Shown here piece by piece: positions 38,373 to 50,864 of a stretch of 64,000 nucleotides of DNA; position 1 is the stretch's first letter; each line of letters opens with the position of its first letter. Both the position numbers and the translations under genes were made by a program. Where the stretch lies: the NCBI GenBank assembly GCA_964016885.1, contig OZ024762.1, positions 6,572,001 to 6,636,000 on the forward strand, given 5' to 3'. The DNA comes from Eledone cirrhosa. Taxonomy: Eukaryota. Under the pieces are notes generated by a model. It had not been told where the DNA came from and searched no databases. It saw nothing but the letters and a program-made list of their open reading frames with translations.

Positions 38373-39392
38373 ACATCATCGTTTTAACGGCCACTTTCCC
38401 TGCAGTACTGAAGCGAGGCTACTGAGCTCCCAGACAAGCCAAGGGGTCTGTATCCTGCTTACATACAGTCATATCAAGTGCAGAGAAGAAGAAGTTATGT
38501 TTTTTTACACAAACTGAAGGGTCCTCCAAACCCTTTGTTTGGCAAGCTTTCTACGGCTCGATGTCCTTCCTAACACAAACCACTTTACAGTATGTACTGG
38601 GTGATTTTATAGTGTAGATCACCAGCACTAGGGAGGCTGTTATAAATATAAATGAAAAAAATAATAGAAGTATTTACTTTTTGTAGACTATTTCACAAAG
38701 CAGTGTGAGATGGATTACATAACAATTCAGGTTTTGTAGGTGATTACAAAACTGTATTGAAATATATGTTAGAGACTCTATTGTATAATAATTGTTTCTT
38801 TGAACTTCACCAAATGTTGCCTCGTTTTTCCCTATATCCTGTTCATATATATATATATATATATATATATAAAGAATAAGAAGCACCAAAGAGTTGACAT
38901 GTTGTCAAACTAACACAGGTTACAACCAGAGATTCACTCCGAGGATGTGAGATTATAAAATCAGAAATTTTAGAATTTTTTTCAGAGAGAATTTTTATCT
39001 GAAGTTCCCTTATGATTTTATACTTTGACATCGGGAATATGATCAAAATTGGTCTCATCAGAGTTTATTCACATAGGATATCAGTCTACATATAGATCAA
39101 TAAATCAATATTAGAAGTGGTAACAATATCAATAGATATACAGAAAGAGTTACAAATGAAAGAGTTACAAGTTGCATTGAGCTTTAAACCCTCTGGTTAA
39201 GTCTATACCCAATAATAGCAAGACTTATTATTATTAAAGTTATATATATATAGATATATATATATAAGTATAGGTAGTGACCATAGCTAAACAAGGTACT
39301 CAATACATTGGTAGTGTATAAGCATCTTTATTTTATATAGAAATGACTTCTACAGGACTAGAAATGTTTCATTCTTATATAATCATCAGGAA

Positions 39393-39863
39393 TCATCATC
39401 ATCATTTTACAGCCACTTTTTCCACACCTGCATGGGTTGGACAGATCCTTCTCAGCACAGCATCTCTCTACTCACCATATTCCTTTGTCAACTCCTCTGA
39501 GACACAGTGATTTGAGGTCAGCTCTCACAACCTCTGCTCAGGTCTTTCTTGGTCTACCTCTACTGTGGCTGGTAATTCTTCACCCATTGATCATCATCCA
39601 TGTGCATCACATATCCGTACTAATGCAGTCTTCGCTCATGCACAACATCTCGGATTCCCCTTAAGTTCTATTTCTCTTTCAGCTCATCCAAGCTCTGCCT
39701 TTCTCACACATTTACATTGCACATCCAACTAAGCATGGTTGCTTCATTTCTCTTCAGTCTCACAGCCCATGTTTCACTATCATGCAGTATCGCACTTAAC
39801 ACAACGGCGTCATACAGTGACCCTTTTGTATGTAGGGAGAAACCTTTTGTTATCAAAAGCATG
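39393..39863 (-). pseudogene. RTE-clade LINE 3' end
   Basis: LITKGFSLHTKGSLYDAVVLSAILHDSETWA...LSWMCNV, GRPRKT motif and tail aacccatgcaggtgtggaaaaa(atg)n. Confidence 0.8.
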
Positions 39864-39889
39864 ACAAAAAAAAAAATATATATATATAT

Positions 39890-40550
39890 ATGGGTAGGAA
39901 ACGATGATGGGATAGGTGGGGTAGCCATTTTACTGGCCGAGAAGTGGATCAATAAGACACTAGAGGTAGTTAGAGTCAGTAACAGAATCATTAAGATTAG
40001 ATTAGCTGTAGGCAATAGACTGCTGACAATTATCTCTACCTATGCTCCCCAAGAGGGCCTAGGTAAAGAAGAGGACTGCTTTTACGAGCAACTTCTAGAG
40101 ACAACCACAATGACAGAGGACAGAGACCTAGTTATACTAGCAGGTGACTTCAATGGTCATGTTGGACAGCTCCAGGATAGATACCCTGGGGTACATGGTG
40201 GCCATAGTTATGGCTCAAGAAACGAAGAAGGAGTGAGGCTTCTTGAATTTTGTGATGCAAGTGAACTAATCCTTTGCAACACTAACTTAGGTATACTTAG
40301 CACACAGGGAAGCTGAGAGTAGGAGGTTTGCCAATGTTCTGCGATGAGAAGATCAGAGGTGTGAGGTATTCCACATTGCAAGGCAGTGTGTCAGTGTAAA
40401 TCAAGATGTTGTTGGAGATAAGTGTGTCCGAAATGATACCAGTGCACTTAGCATCACTGATGCTCAGAAAAAGGAGGCCTGGAAATGTCATTATGAGAGA
40501 CTGATGAATGTTGAGAATGAATGGGAGAGAGAGAAACTACTCCCGGTAGA
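39890..40550 (+). pseudogene. RTE-clade endonuclease relic plus downstream linker
   Basis: WVGNDDGIGGVAILLAEKW...STYAPQ...GDFNGHVG...LLEFCDASELILCNTN, highly similar to 15755-16400; later AWKCHYERLMNVENEW. Confidence 0.9.
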
Positions 40551-40559
40551 CCAAACAGA

Positions 40560-40773
40560 GGGACATGACAAAAAGTGCCCAGTCCACCCTGTAAAGTAGT
40601 TGTGCTGGTGCTATAACAAAAAAGCACCCAGTACAAGCTGTAAATGTGGTTGGTGTTAGGAAGGGCATCCAGCCATAGAAACCAGATTTGTATGAGCAAG
40701 ATCTGGCCACCTGACTGGTCTCATAATGTAACAACCTGTCTAACCCATGCAAGTGTAGAAAAATAGATGTATG
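40560..40773 (+). mobile_element. SINE (family C-like) 3' part
   Basis: gttggtgttaggaagggcatccagcc and tail gtctaacccatgcaagtgtagaaaa. Confidence 0.65.
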
Positions 40774-41669
40774 ATATGGGTGAGGTGGGAGTGAGAAATC
40801 AGCTTAAGTAGAGGGTGGATGGTGTGGAGGGGATAAGGGTGATGTTGGGGTGGGGTGGGTGGGGGTGGGGGTGGGGGTGAGGTATGAGTGAGGTGCCTGT
40901 TGTTTCGGTGCATCAATTTACAAATGTTAAACTTATTTTCATTCATAGACACTCATTTCATTAGATAATTGTGCGAGTGAGAATGTGTATGTGTATATGT
41001 GTGTATATATGTGTATATGTGTGTATATGTGTGTATATGTGTGTGTGTATGTGTGCTGATGCATGTCTATGCATTCTGCAATGAGTATGTGAGTGTCTGT
41101 ATGTGCATATGTATGCATTCTTCAATGTGTGTGTGTGTCCGTGTTTTTTCTGGTATAGGTGTGCATATGTCATTGTGAAATGTGTGTGTGTGTTGTGTTG
41201 GTATATATGTATATATGTCCGTGTATAGTACTCTGTTGCGTGTGTATAGATATATATATATATATGCCAGTGTATAGTACTCTGTTGTGTGTATGTGTGG
41301 ATGCATCTATATTATGTAAAGTTCAAAAGTTCACATCCACCCATGAAAATTCTAGCCTCCACCCTCCCACCTCTGTTTCATATTACACATCACAATTAGG
41401 GGTGGAGAGAGGGTGGAGGAGATAAAGAGAGGAAGGAGTGAGATAGTGTTGGAGAAGGAGAGCCACACGTTACACCTACACATATTTACATCATGTGAAG
41501 ACACGTGGCTTTGTGGTTAGGGGGTTCAGCTGATGACCCTAAGGTGATCAGTTCAATTCTCGACACCATGTAACCTTCAGTAAGACACTTTATTTCACAT
41601 TGTAGTTCACTTAACTGGAAAATATGTATCTGTAATTCAAAAAGTAAGCCTTGGCATGTTGAATCTTCC

Positions 41670-41719
<50 letters not shown>

Positions 41720-41722
<3 letters not shown>

Positions 41723-42985
41723 TTAAGTTATGTTGGGAGGTGCATTCTTCACGAGGGAGGGACTTAGTGTTCATAACAGACAATCTGTCTCGTTTTCTAG
41801 TTCGGATAAAATCTATCTGACTGGTGTGCTCCCCTGATCTATAGGTGATCAAGTGATTGTCTCGTTTTTTGAAGTTTGTATTACAGATATATTTCTTTAT
41901 TAGCCATAGGGGCACAAAAGAAGGGGACAAATACAAAGGGGGAAGTTTACATACAATAAAAACGTGTAAAATGTTATCACAAATGGAATTTAAAAAGTTA
42001 GTCGATTTTCCCCAATAGAGGGAGACCGTTTATATGGGTAACACATACCACCGAAAAAAAAATGTGCAACCCTCATCTCCAGGAGTACGAAGAGCTTGTA
42101 CTCCTTTCCTCTCCTCCTCCTTTTCCTCAACCTACAGGCTGATATAGAGAGAAGGCCCATTCACTCGGGCCATTCTCGCCACTTTCACCCACCTTTCATA
42201 AAACTTGCTGGGGTACAGCACCTCTCTCTCCATCCTGATTCTTCTTCCAAAGTGGTATTTGAAAAAAAGAATCAGTTGTTGGCCGGAGAGAAAGGTGTCT
42301 GACCTCAGCCCTTTCAACCTTGTCCACCATACAACCTCTTTCGCCATAGCTATCACACAAAGGAAAACCGCCTCTCCTTCGTTTTTGAAGGAGGGTGGCG
42401 GTTTGATCATGACAATGGACTCGGTGGTCAAGTTTGTATTACAGATAGTTAGGTTATTTGTGTCACAGAATTCCAGGATTCTGAAGCCTTCCTCATTTCT
42501 AGTACCAAACCCATAGCCTCCATGGATTCCGTCATAGCCGTCACAATCTTGTCCAACATGACCATTTAGGTCACCAGCAATAATTATGTAGTCACTGTCG
42601 GTTATTTGGGAGGTAGTGAGCATTAGTGACTCATAGAACCTGTCTTTTATAACACCAGTCAGTCCGGATTAGGGTGCATAAGTGGATATTATTGACACAG
42701 TAGTTCTATTTAGGACTAGTCTTATTTTAATTATTCTGTCGTTCACTCTATTTACAGCAAATTACCTTATCTACCCATCTTTCTGCTAATATAATTCCAA
42801 CATCACCCAGCCCGCTATCACATCCCACCCAGAAAATCTTATAGCATCGTTTCTTGCCCACAATGAATCTAGCAGACCCATCCCTCCATCTGGTCTCTTG
42901 AACACAACAAACATCAGCTTCCTTACGTTCAAGCATCTCTACAACCTCATTTCAGCGACCTTTCAATGTGCCTACATTCATGGTA
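41720..42985 (-). pseudogene. RTE-clade endonuclease relic interrupted by a Tx1-like insertion
   Basis: ADVCCVQETRW...GDLNGHVG...ILEFCDTNNLTICNTN | FKKRDNHLITYRSGEHTSQIDFI...EECTSQHNLIV. Confidence 0.9.
41890..42429 (-). mobile_element. 5'-truncated Tx1/L1-like LINE 3' end with 18-bp TSD
   Basis: TSD aagtttgtattacagata at 41872-41889 and 42430-42447; ORF end AKEVVWWTRLKG...FYERWVKVARM; 3' end aataaagaaata; clade assignment is inference from the C-terminal W..R / F..RW pattern. Confidence 0.8.
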
Positions 42986-43788
42986 TCAACTCTGAAATTT
43001 TGGATTTCGCTGGGAGGGAGGAAGGGATGGGATGGGATGGGATGGGGGCACAGGCAGGGGTGTGGGAGACGGAATTATGTTGATCTTCCATGTCTGAAAT
43101 AAAGAGGAGTGCTTGCATTATCACCTGGAGACGGGAGGTGAATTTATCTTCGTCACTGTCACTGTGGGTGTTCAGACTCTCCAACTCTGTAGTCCATTTA
43201 TCACAACGAACAACAACCAGGTCTAAACTGAAGGAGCGGTGGCTTTGAGATGGAAATTTGTATTAGAAACCTTGCTATAAAACTGCTGAGTTTTGATTGG
43301 AGCCAATAACTATGGTGGTGAGTTGGGGTGGGAGGGAAATAGGTAACTTCTGGAGACAACGCACTTAACATGAGAGAGATTGAAGAACAAAAACAAAAAC
43401 AACAATAGGTAAACGTAACGGATTTCCTAATGAGAAAACTTAATTCTAGAACAAAATGACAAAATGGAGGGAGAGGTAGGAGAGAATCTTGAAAGTTTTA
43501 TATTACAGAATCTTCCAGAGTGCAGGAAAGCTAGATAAAACCCACTTCGGTTATACGACTGAAGTATACTCTACATCCACGTTCAGGGGGTGAGGGGGCA
43601 ATGTCAATGTTATATACATATATATATATAAATCCCTTAAATGTATATATAAATCACACACACATGTCCAATCCTACATGTAATATAACCCCAATGTCTA
43701 TAATGTTTACTGTATTATATATAACATGTCTGTTCAACCCTACATGTAATATAACCCCTATGTCTATAATGTTTACTGTATTATATAC

Positions 43789-44312
43789 TAGCAGTGGTAT
43801 CCGGCATTGCACGGGATAAGGTATTTTGGAAAGTGGGCCGCCAACAGACCTAATTGTGGAAAAACTGCATGCCTGGACAATATGTCAAGAAAATAAACCG
43901 AATATTTTGATGGCTGGATAATCTTTAAGATTTTCCTCGATGAAGCAGGAAAAATGCAGGTTTTCACCTAATGCGGACCCTAGGGGATCAAGAAAATTAA
44001 TTTTTTTTATGTGCATAATATGCCTTGAAATTTCGGGAAAATCGGCTAGACGTAACGCCTCAAAAAAGGCATAAAAAGCTGAAAAAATGAAGTTTTTCAC
44101 CTAATGCGGGCCCTAGGCCATAAAAAAGTTGGATTTTCTTTGCTCACGGTATGAAGAAGAGACTGACTAATACATAGTTACAATTTCAAGGAAATCGGTC
44201 TGATGTAAACGCCTCAAAAGACCCCTAATAATAACTAGACCCCCCCCCCCCCATGACCCATTGTGTTACGGGGGGGGGGGGGTCTAGTTATTATTATTAT
44301 TATTATAGTAAA
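43789..44312 (-). mobile_element. Non-autonomous Helitron-like element
   Basis: minus-strand 3' end cccgtgcaatgccgga-taccactg-CTAG-T; internal duplication (ttttcacctaatgcgg.ccctagg...aaatcgg); the other end resembles the actataataa 5' motif. Confidence 0.6.
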
Positions 44313-44557
44313 TGAATACTTATCACAGCTGTAGTTGATTGTACATGATATTTTCAACATGTGTTGCACAATGTATGAGATATTGAGTACTACTTACCTA
44401 AAAAAGACAAAGAGAGAGAAAATAACAGTTAGGATAGAAAGAAACAACTGAAATGTGGGGAAAATTACTGTAAAAAATATAAAATATTTAGTATTTTGTA
44501 AAATGGGAAGCTGATAAATAATGGTGGATTAACTTTGTTGTATTATTCCGTGTTTTA

Positions 44558-45380
44558 GCAGGCTTCCCAACTTGAGCCTGTGGGGCTGGACCAAAGGGAC
44601 GGCAAAAGGCCAGACGGCATGACAATCTTCCTATTCTGTTGGTGTAGGCTCCTCATTTGGGATGCTACATGTTATGACACCTTCTCTAGCAGCAACTTCA
44701 TTTATTCAGCTACCAGCTGAGGCCAAAGAGAACACACTTTCAAAGTATTGGCTGCTTTTTTTTATAGATTAGTGGTGGAGCCTGTAGCAGTGGAGACTTC
44801 CTGTGTTCTTAAACCCTGGACCACATCTCTGCTCCTTTGATAGGTCTGTGGTAGAGTCTGTAGCAGTGGAGACTTCCTGTGTTCTTGGCCCCCAGACCAC
44901 ATCCCTGCTCCTTTGATAGGTCTGTGGTAGAGCCTGTAGCAGTGGAGACTTCCTGTATTCTTGGCCCCCAGACCACATCCCTGCTCCTTTGATAGGTCTG
45001 TGGTAGAGTCTGTAGCAGTGGAGACTTCCTGTGTTCTTGGCCCCTGGACCACATCTCTGCTCCTTTGATAGGTTTGTGGTAGAGTCTGTAGCAGTGGAGA
45101 CTTCCTGTGTTCTTGGCCCCCAGACCACATCCCTGCTCCTTTGATAGGTTTGTGGTAGAGTCTGTAGCAGTGGAGACTTCCTGTATTCTTGGCCCCCAGA
45201 CCACATCCCTGCTCCTTTGATAGGTTTGTGGTAGAGTCTGTAGCAGTGGAGACTTCCTGTATTCTTGGCCCCCAGACCACATCCCTGCTCACTACTATCA
45301 GAACAGAGCCTGCAAATGTGAGCCCTGCAAGGTGGAGTGGCTGTTCCAGTGCATCCCCCTTGCTCTCTTCCGAGGGCAAG
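44558..45380 (+). pseudogene. CRE-clade non-LTR retrotransposon restriction-like endonuclease relic
   Basis: LEPVGLDQRDGKRPDGMTIF...LIWDATCYDTF, then PVAVETSCVLGPQTTSLL and EWLFQCIPLALFRG. Confidence 0.75.
44765..45290. repeat. 76-bp minisatellite x7 inside the CRE relic
   Basis: gtagcagtggagac at 44784, 44860, 44936 and onward to about 45240. Confidence 0.95.
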
Positions 45381-45964
45381 GGAGATGCATAAAATTATGA
45401 TGGAAGATTTTTAGATGAATATAAACACTTTGAAATAACCAGCCCTGGTGTTTGGAACATAACTTAACAAAGGTTCTTACATAAAATTATGATGGAAGAT
45501 TTTTAGATGAATATAAACACTTTGAAATAACCAGCCGTGTAGGATAAAAGCCAGGGTGCTTTCAGGCAGTTTGGTATGAAAAGAGGTTAAGTGATGGGAC
45601 AACAGAGGGTACTGGAGAGAATTTAAAGAGCAAACGATGATGAATCTGTGGCAGGAATTCCCATGGACCAATACACTAACATCAGAGAGCCATGATGCGT
45701 GTCAAAGATATATGAAAAAGACATCAATTTGGTTTTTAGTTTTTTTGTTATATTTTAATGTGTGTGTGTGTCCATGTAGCACGGGGAGGTGGGATGTGGG
45801 GAGCTTGTTTGCCAAAACCCACCACACCTCACAACCTCTTCTTAAACAGTTGTCTCATTTTGTTTTATATATATTTTTTCTTAGTTATTTGTTTTTAATG
45901 TGTTTCTTTGACAATTGAATAAGTCTAGAAACAAGATGGAATTTATGTACATTGGTAATATGAT

Positions 45965-46625
45965 ATGGTTGAGGTGGTGGTGGTGATGGTGGTTGTGGAA
46001 GTGGTGGTGGTGATGGTGGTTGTGGTGATGGTGGTACTGGTGGTGGTGGTGCTGATGGTGGTTGTGGCAGTGGTGGTGGTGATGGTGGTTGTGGTGATGG
46101 TGGTTGTGGTGGTGGTGTTTATGGTGATGGTGGTTGTGGTGGTGGTGTTTATGGTGATGGTGGTTGTGGTGGTGGTGTTTGTGGTAGTGGTGGTGATGGT
46201 GATGATGATGGTGGTGATGGTGGTAGTGGTGGAGGTGGTAGTTGTGGTAGTTATGGGGGTGGTGGTGGTGGTTGTTGTAGTAGTTATGGAGGTGGTTGTG
46301 GTGTTGATGGTTGTTGTTGTTGTTGTGGGGGGTGGGGGGAGGGGTGATTGTGGTGATGGTAGTAGTGGTGGTAATTGTGATGATGGTGGTGGTGGTGTTG
46401 ATGGCAGTGGTGATGTAGATGGTAGTAGTGGTGGTGGTGGTGGTTGTTGTGGGGTTGATGGTAGAAGTAATGTTGGTGGTAGTAGTGGTGGTTCTGGGGT
46501 CGATGGTAATAGTGGTTGCGGTGGTGTTGATAGCAGTGGTGATGTTGGTGGTGGTGTTGTTGATAGTGGTGGTGTTGTTGATAGTGGTGGTATTGCTGAT
46601 AGTGGTGGTGGTTGTGGTAGTGGTG
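45965..46625. repeat. (GTG/ATG/GTT)n tract
   Basis: direct inspection. Confidence 0.95.
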
Positions 46626-46850
46626 GCATTGTGTTTGGAAAATAACTCAACAAAGGTTCTCACATAAATACAATGATGGAAGTTTTCAATTCAAATATGA
46701 ACAGTTTAAAATGAGAAATTATATATCATAGAACTTAGGGGTCACTTTCAGCCAAGATTGTATTGAAAGGGTTAAATAAGAACCCTTTAAAATGAGTGGT
46801 TTCATTTATAACATAGAACTTAGGGGTCACTTTCAGCCAGGATTGTATAG

Positions 46851-46986
46851 CTACAGCTGAGTAAACTGGAGCAATGTGAAATAAAGTGTCTTGCCCAAGG
46901 AAACAACACATCACCCAGTCTGAGAATTGAACTCACAGCCTTTCAATTGCAAGGCCAATGCTCTAACCACTAAGCCATGTGCCTCC
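46851..46986 (-). mobile_element. SINE family A 5' half
   Basis: ctacagctgagtaaactggagc ... ccatgtgcctcc. Confidence 0.85.
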
Positions 46987-47439
46987 TTAATGATAGTGCA
47001 ATTACACAAGTGTGTATAAAACTGTGATGCGTTAAGGTTCAATTAAGTACCCTTCAGGGGTGTACTCCCTAGTTGGCCTTAAACGTAACCCCTTCCTTCC
47101 ACAGACAATTAATGAAGGACAGGCAGCAGCCGAAGATATTTTTGTCAACAGATTCCAGTTGTTAACTGATTAGACCAGATGATGTGGCAGCTGTCTGCTC
47201 CTGGATAAGTCGTCACTCTATGTTTACAAGCTCCCCCCCCCCCCTCTCCTCCTTCTCTCTCCTCGACATACCATGGCTTTGATCACCTCCCCACCAAAAT
47301 ACATCTGTCACCCCGCCTCATCTTTTACAGATGTTCTTCCCAGTCAATTCACCAGATAATGGATTTACATGGCACAACTAAAATGTTAATTTTTTTTTTT
47401 AATCCTTAACCTCTAATACCACTTCATACTAATACCACT

Positions 47440-47454
47440 GTATATACATGTATG

Positions 47455-47505
<51 letters not shown>

Positions 47506-47518
47506 ATATATATGTATG

Positions 47519-47569
<51 letters not shown>

Positions 47570-47598
47570 TTAGAGAGAGATGTACTTATGTATGTATG

Positions 47599-47649
<51 letters not shown>

Positions 47650-48728
47650 GTATACGTACATACATATATGTATACAGACGTACAGTAGGATGTATATATG
47701 CATACATGCACATATATATATATATGTACATACATACATATATATATGTGTGCATGTATGTATATATATATATACATACTACTGTACGTCTATATACATA
47801 TACACTTAGAGAGAGATGTATTTATACATACATGCACACATATATATATATGTACATACATATATATATGTGTGCATGTATGAATATATATATATACATA
47901 CTACTGTACGTCTATATACATATACACTTAGAGAGAGATGTATTTATACATACATGCACACATATATATATATGTACATATATATATGTGTGTATGTATG
48001 TATATATATATACATACTACTGTACGTCTGTATACATATACACTTAGAGAGAGATGTATTTATGTATGTATATATATATATATATATAAGTATGTATACG
48101 TACATACATATATGTATACAGACGTACAGTAGGATGTATATATACATACATGCACACATATATATATATATGTACATACATACATATATATATGTGTGCA
48201 TGTATGTATATATATATATACATACTACTGTACGTCTATATACATATACACTTAGAGAGAGATGTATTTATACATACATGCACACATATATATATATGTA
48301 CATATATATATGTGTGCATGTATGTATATATATATACATACTACTGTACGTCTGTATACATATACACTTAGAGAGAGATGTATTTATGTATGTATATATG
48401 TATGTATATATATATATATACATATAAGTATGTATACGTACATGCATATATGTATACAGACGTACAGTAGGATGTATATATACATACATGCACACATATA
48501 TATATATGTACATACATATATATATGTGTGCATGTATGAATATTTATATATACATACTACTGTACGTCTATATACATATACACTTAGAGAGAGATGTATT
48601 TATACATACATGCACACATATATATATATGTACATATATATATGTGTGCATGTATGTATATATATATACATACTACTGTACGTCTATATACATATACACT
48701 TAGATGGAGATGTATTTATGTATGTATG

Positions 48729-48759
<31 letters not shown>

Positions 48760-48936
48760 GTATACGTACATACATATATGTATACAGACGTACAGTAGGA
48801 TGTATATATACATACATGCACACATATATATATATGTACATACATATATATATGTGTGCATGTATGAATATATATATATACATACTACTGTACGTCTATA
48901 TACATATACACTTAGAGAGAGATGTATTTATGTATG

Positions 48937-48989
<53 letters not shown>

Positions 48990-49020
48990 GTATACGTACA
49001 TACATATAAGTATACATACA
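47440..49020. repeat. Higher-order compound TA/CA/TG array with about 118-bp subunits
   Basis: catactactgtacgtct.tatacatatacacttagagagagatgtattta recurs 9 times; gtatacagacgtacagtaggatg recurs 4 times. Confidence 0.9.
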
Positions 49021-49213
49021 TTTGCAATCAAATGCATAAATTCATACGCACACACCATATCTATCTACCTATCTATCTCTCTCTCTCTATCTACCTATCT
49101 CTCTCTCTATCTATCTATCTACCTACCTATCTATCTCTCTCTCTCTCTATCTATCTACCTACCTACCTATCTATCTCTCTCTCTCTCTCTATCTACCTAT
49201 CTATCTATCTATC

Positions 49214-49594
49214 TATTTTTTTTCAAATACCACTTTGGAAGAAGAATCAGGATGGAGAGAGAGGTGCTGTACCCCAGCAAGTTTTATGAAAGGTGGGTGA
49301 AAGTGGCGAGAATGGCCCGAGTGAATGGGCCTTCTCTCTATATCAGCCTGTAGGTTGAGGAAAAGGAGGAGGAGAGGAAAGGAGTACAAACTCTTCGTAC
49401 TCCTGGAGATGAGGGTTGCACCTTTTTTTTCGGGGGTATGTGTTACCCATATAAACTGTCTCCCTCTATTGGGGAAAATCGACTAACTTTTTAAATTCCA
49501 TTTGTGATAACATTTTACACGTTTTTATTGTATGTAAACTTCCCCCTTTGTATTTGTCCCCTTCTTTTGCGCCCCTGTGGCTAATAAAGAAATA
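49214..49594 (+). mobile_element. Second, shorter copy of the Tx1-like 3' end, inserted in a (TATC)n tract
   Basis: near-identical to the reverse complement of 41890-42268; flanked by tatctatcta on both sides. Confidence 0.85.
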
Positions 49595-50025
49595 TATCTA
49601 TCTACCTACATATGAGAAAGTGAGAGGGGGGAAGAGTGGAGTGGTGGGTGTAGGAAGAAAAGAAGTCATCTGAAAAAAGGTCACAAGTATTTTTTTTTTT
49701 TTTTAGCATTTTGTTGAGAAGATGAGGGATGGTGGGAGTGTTAGGAAGAAGGGGAGGAGGTGCACTGAGGGAGAAAATAATGAAATGAGAGATATTCAAA
49801 GACAGAAGAGGGTTTCAAATTTCAGTGTGGTAATAGGTGGGGTGGGGGTGGTTGAGGAGATTGTGGATGAGTTGAGGACACCTTAAGAGGAAGGAATGGC
49901 ACACAAACAACTTATCCAGAAGTGGTTCCAAAGAATCATAGAATGTGTGAGTGTGTGTGGGGGGTATGTATATGTAGCAGTGTGAAGTTGCGTTAGAAGC
50001 TATCGGGGACACACACACACACACA

Positions 50026-50621
<596 letters not shown>

Positions 50622-50732
50622 GGTTTGAGGTTCACCACTGTATAGAGCTGGTCTTGTGTAAAACCTTTCAAGGATTTACACAAATCCAGCCTCCTGTCAT
50701 TTCATTATATATATATATATATATATATATAT

Positions 50733-50860
50733 ACGTGTGGCTTAGTGGTTAATACATTGGGATTGTAAACAGGAAGTTGTGAGTTCCATTTTTGGACTGG
50801 CTGATGTGTTGTGTCCTTGAGCAAGACACACTATTTTATGTTGCTCCAGAAATGAGCTGT
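50733..50860 (+). mobile_element. Older SINE head (family A-related)
   Basis: gtggcttagtggttaa...gtgagttcc...gtccttgagcaagacac. Confidence 0.6.
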
Positions 50861-50864
50861 GATG

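Noticed and set aside
38735-39393. Additional CTGATGA/GAAA hammerhead-like traces (about 38735-38780, 39030-39066, 39355-39393; also about 60124-60170)
   Set aside because: Core or stems are too degraded to call individually, although they are compatible with older copies.
43124-43190. Possible minus-strand exon (ELESLNTHSDSDEDKFTSRLQ)
   Set aside because: Weak polypyrimidine tract and donor (gtgata), no recognisable protein similarity; kept only as a unique-sequence island.
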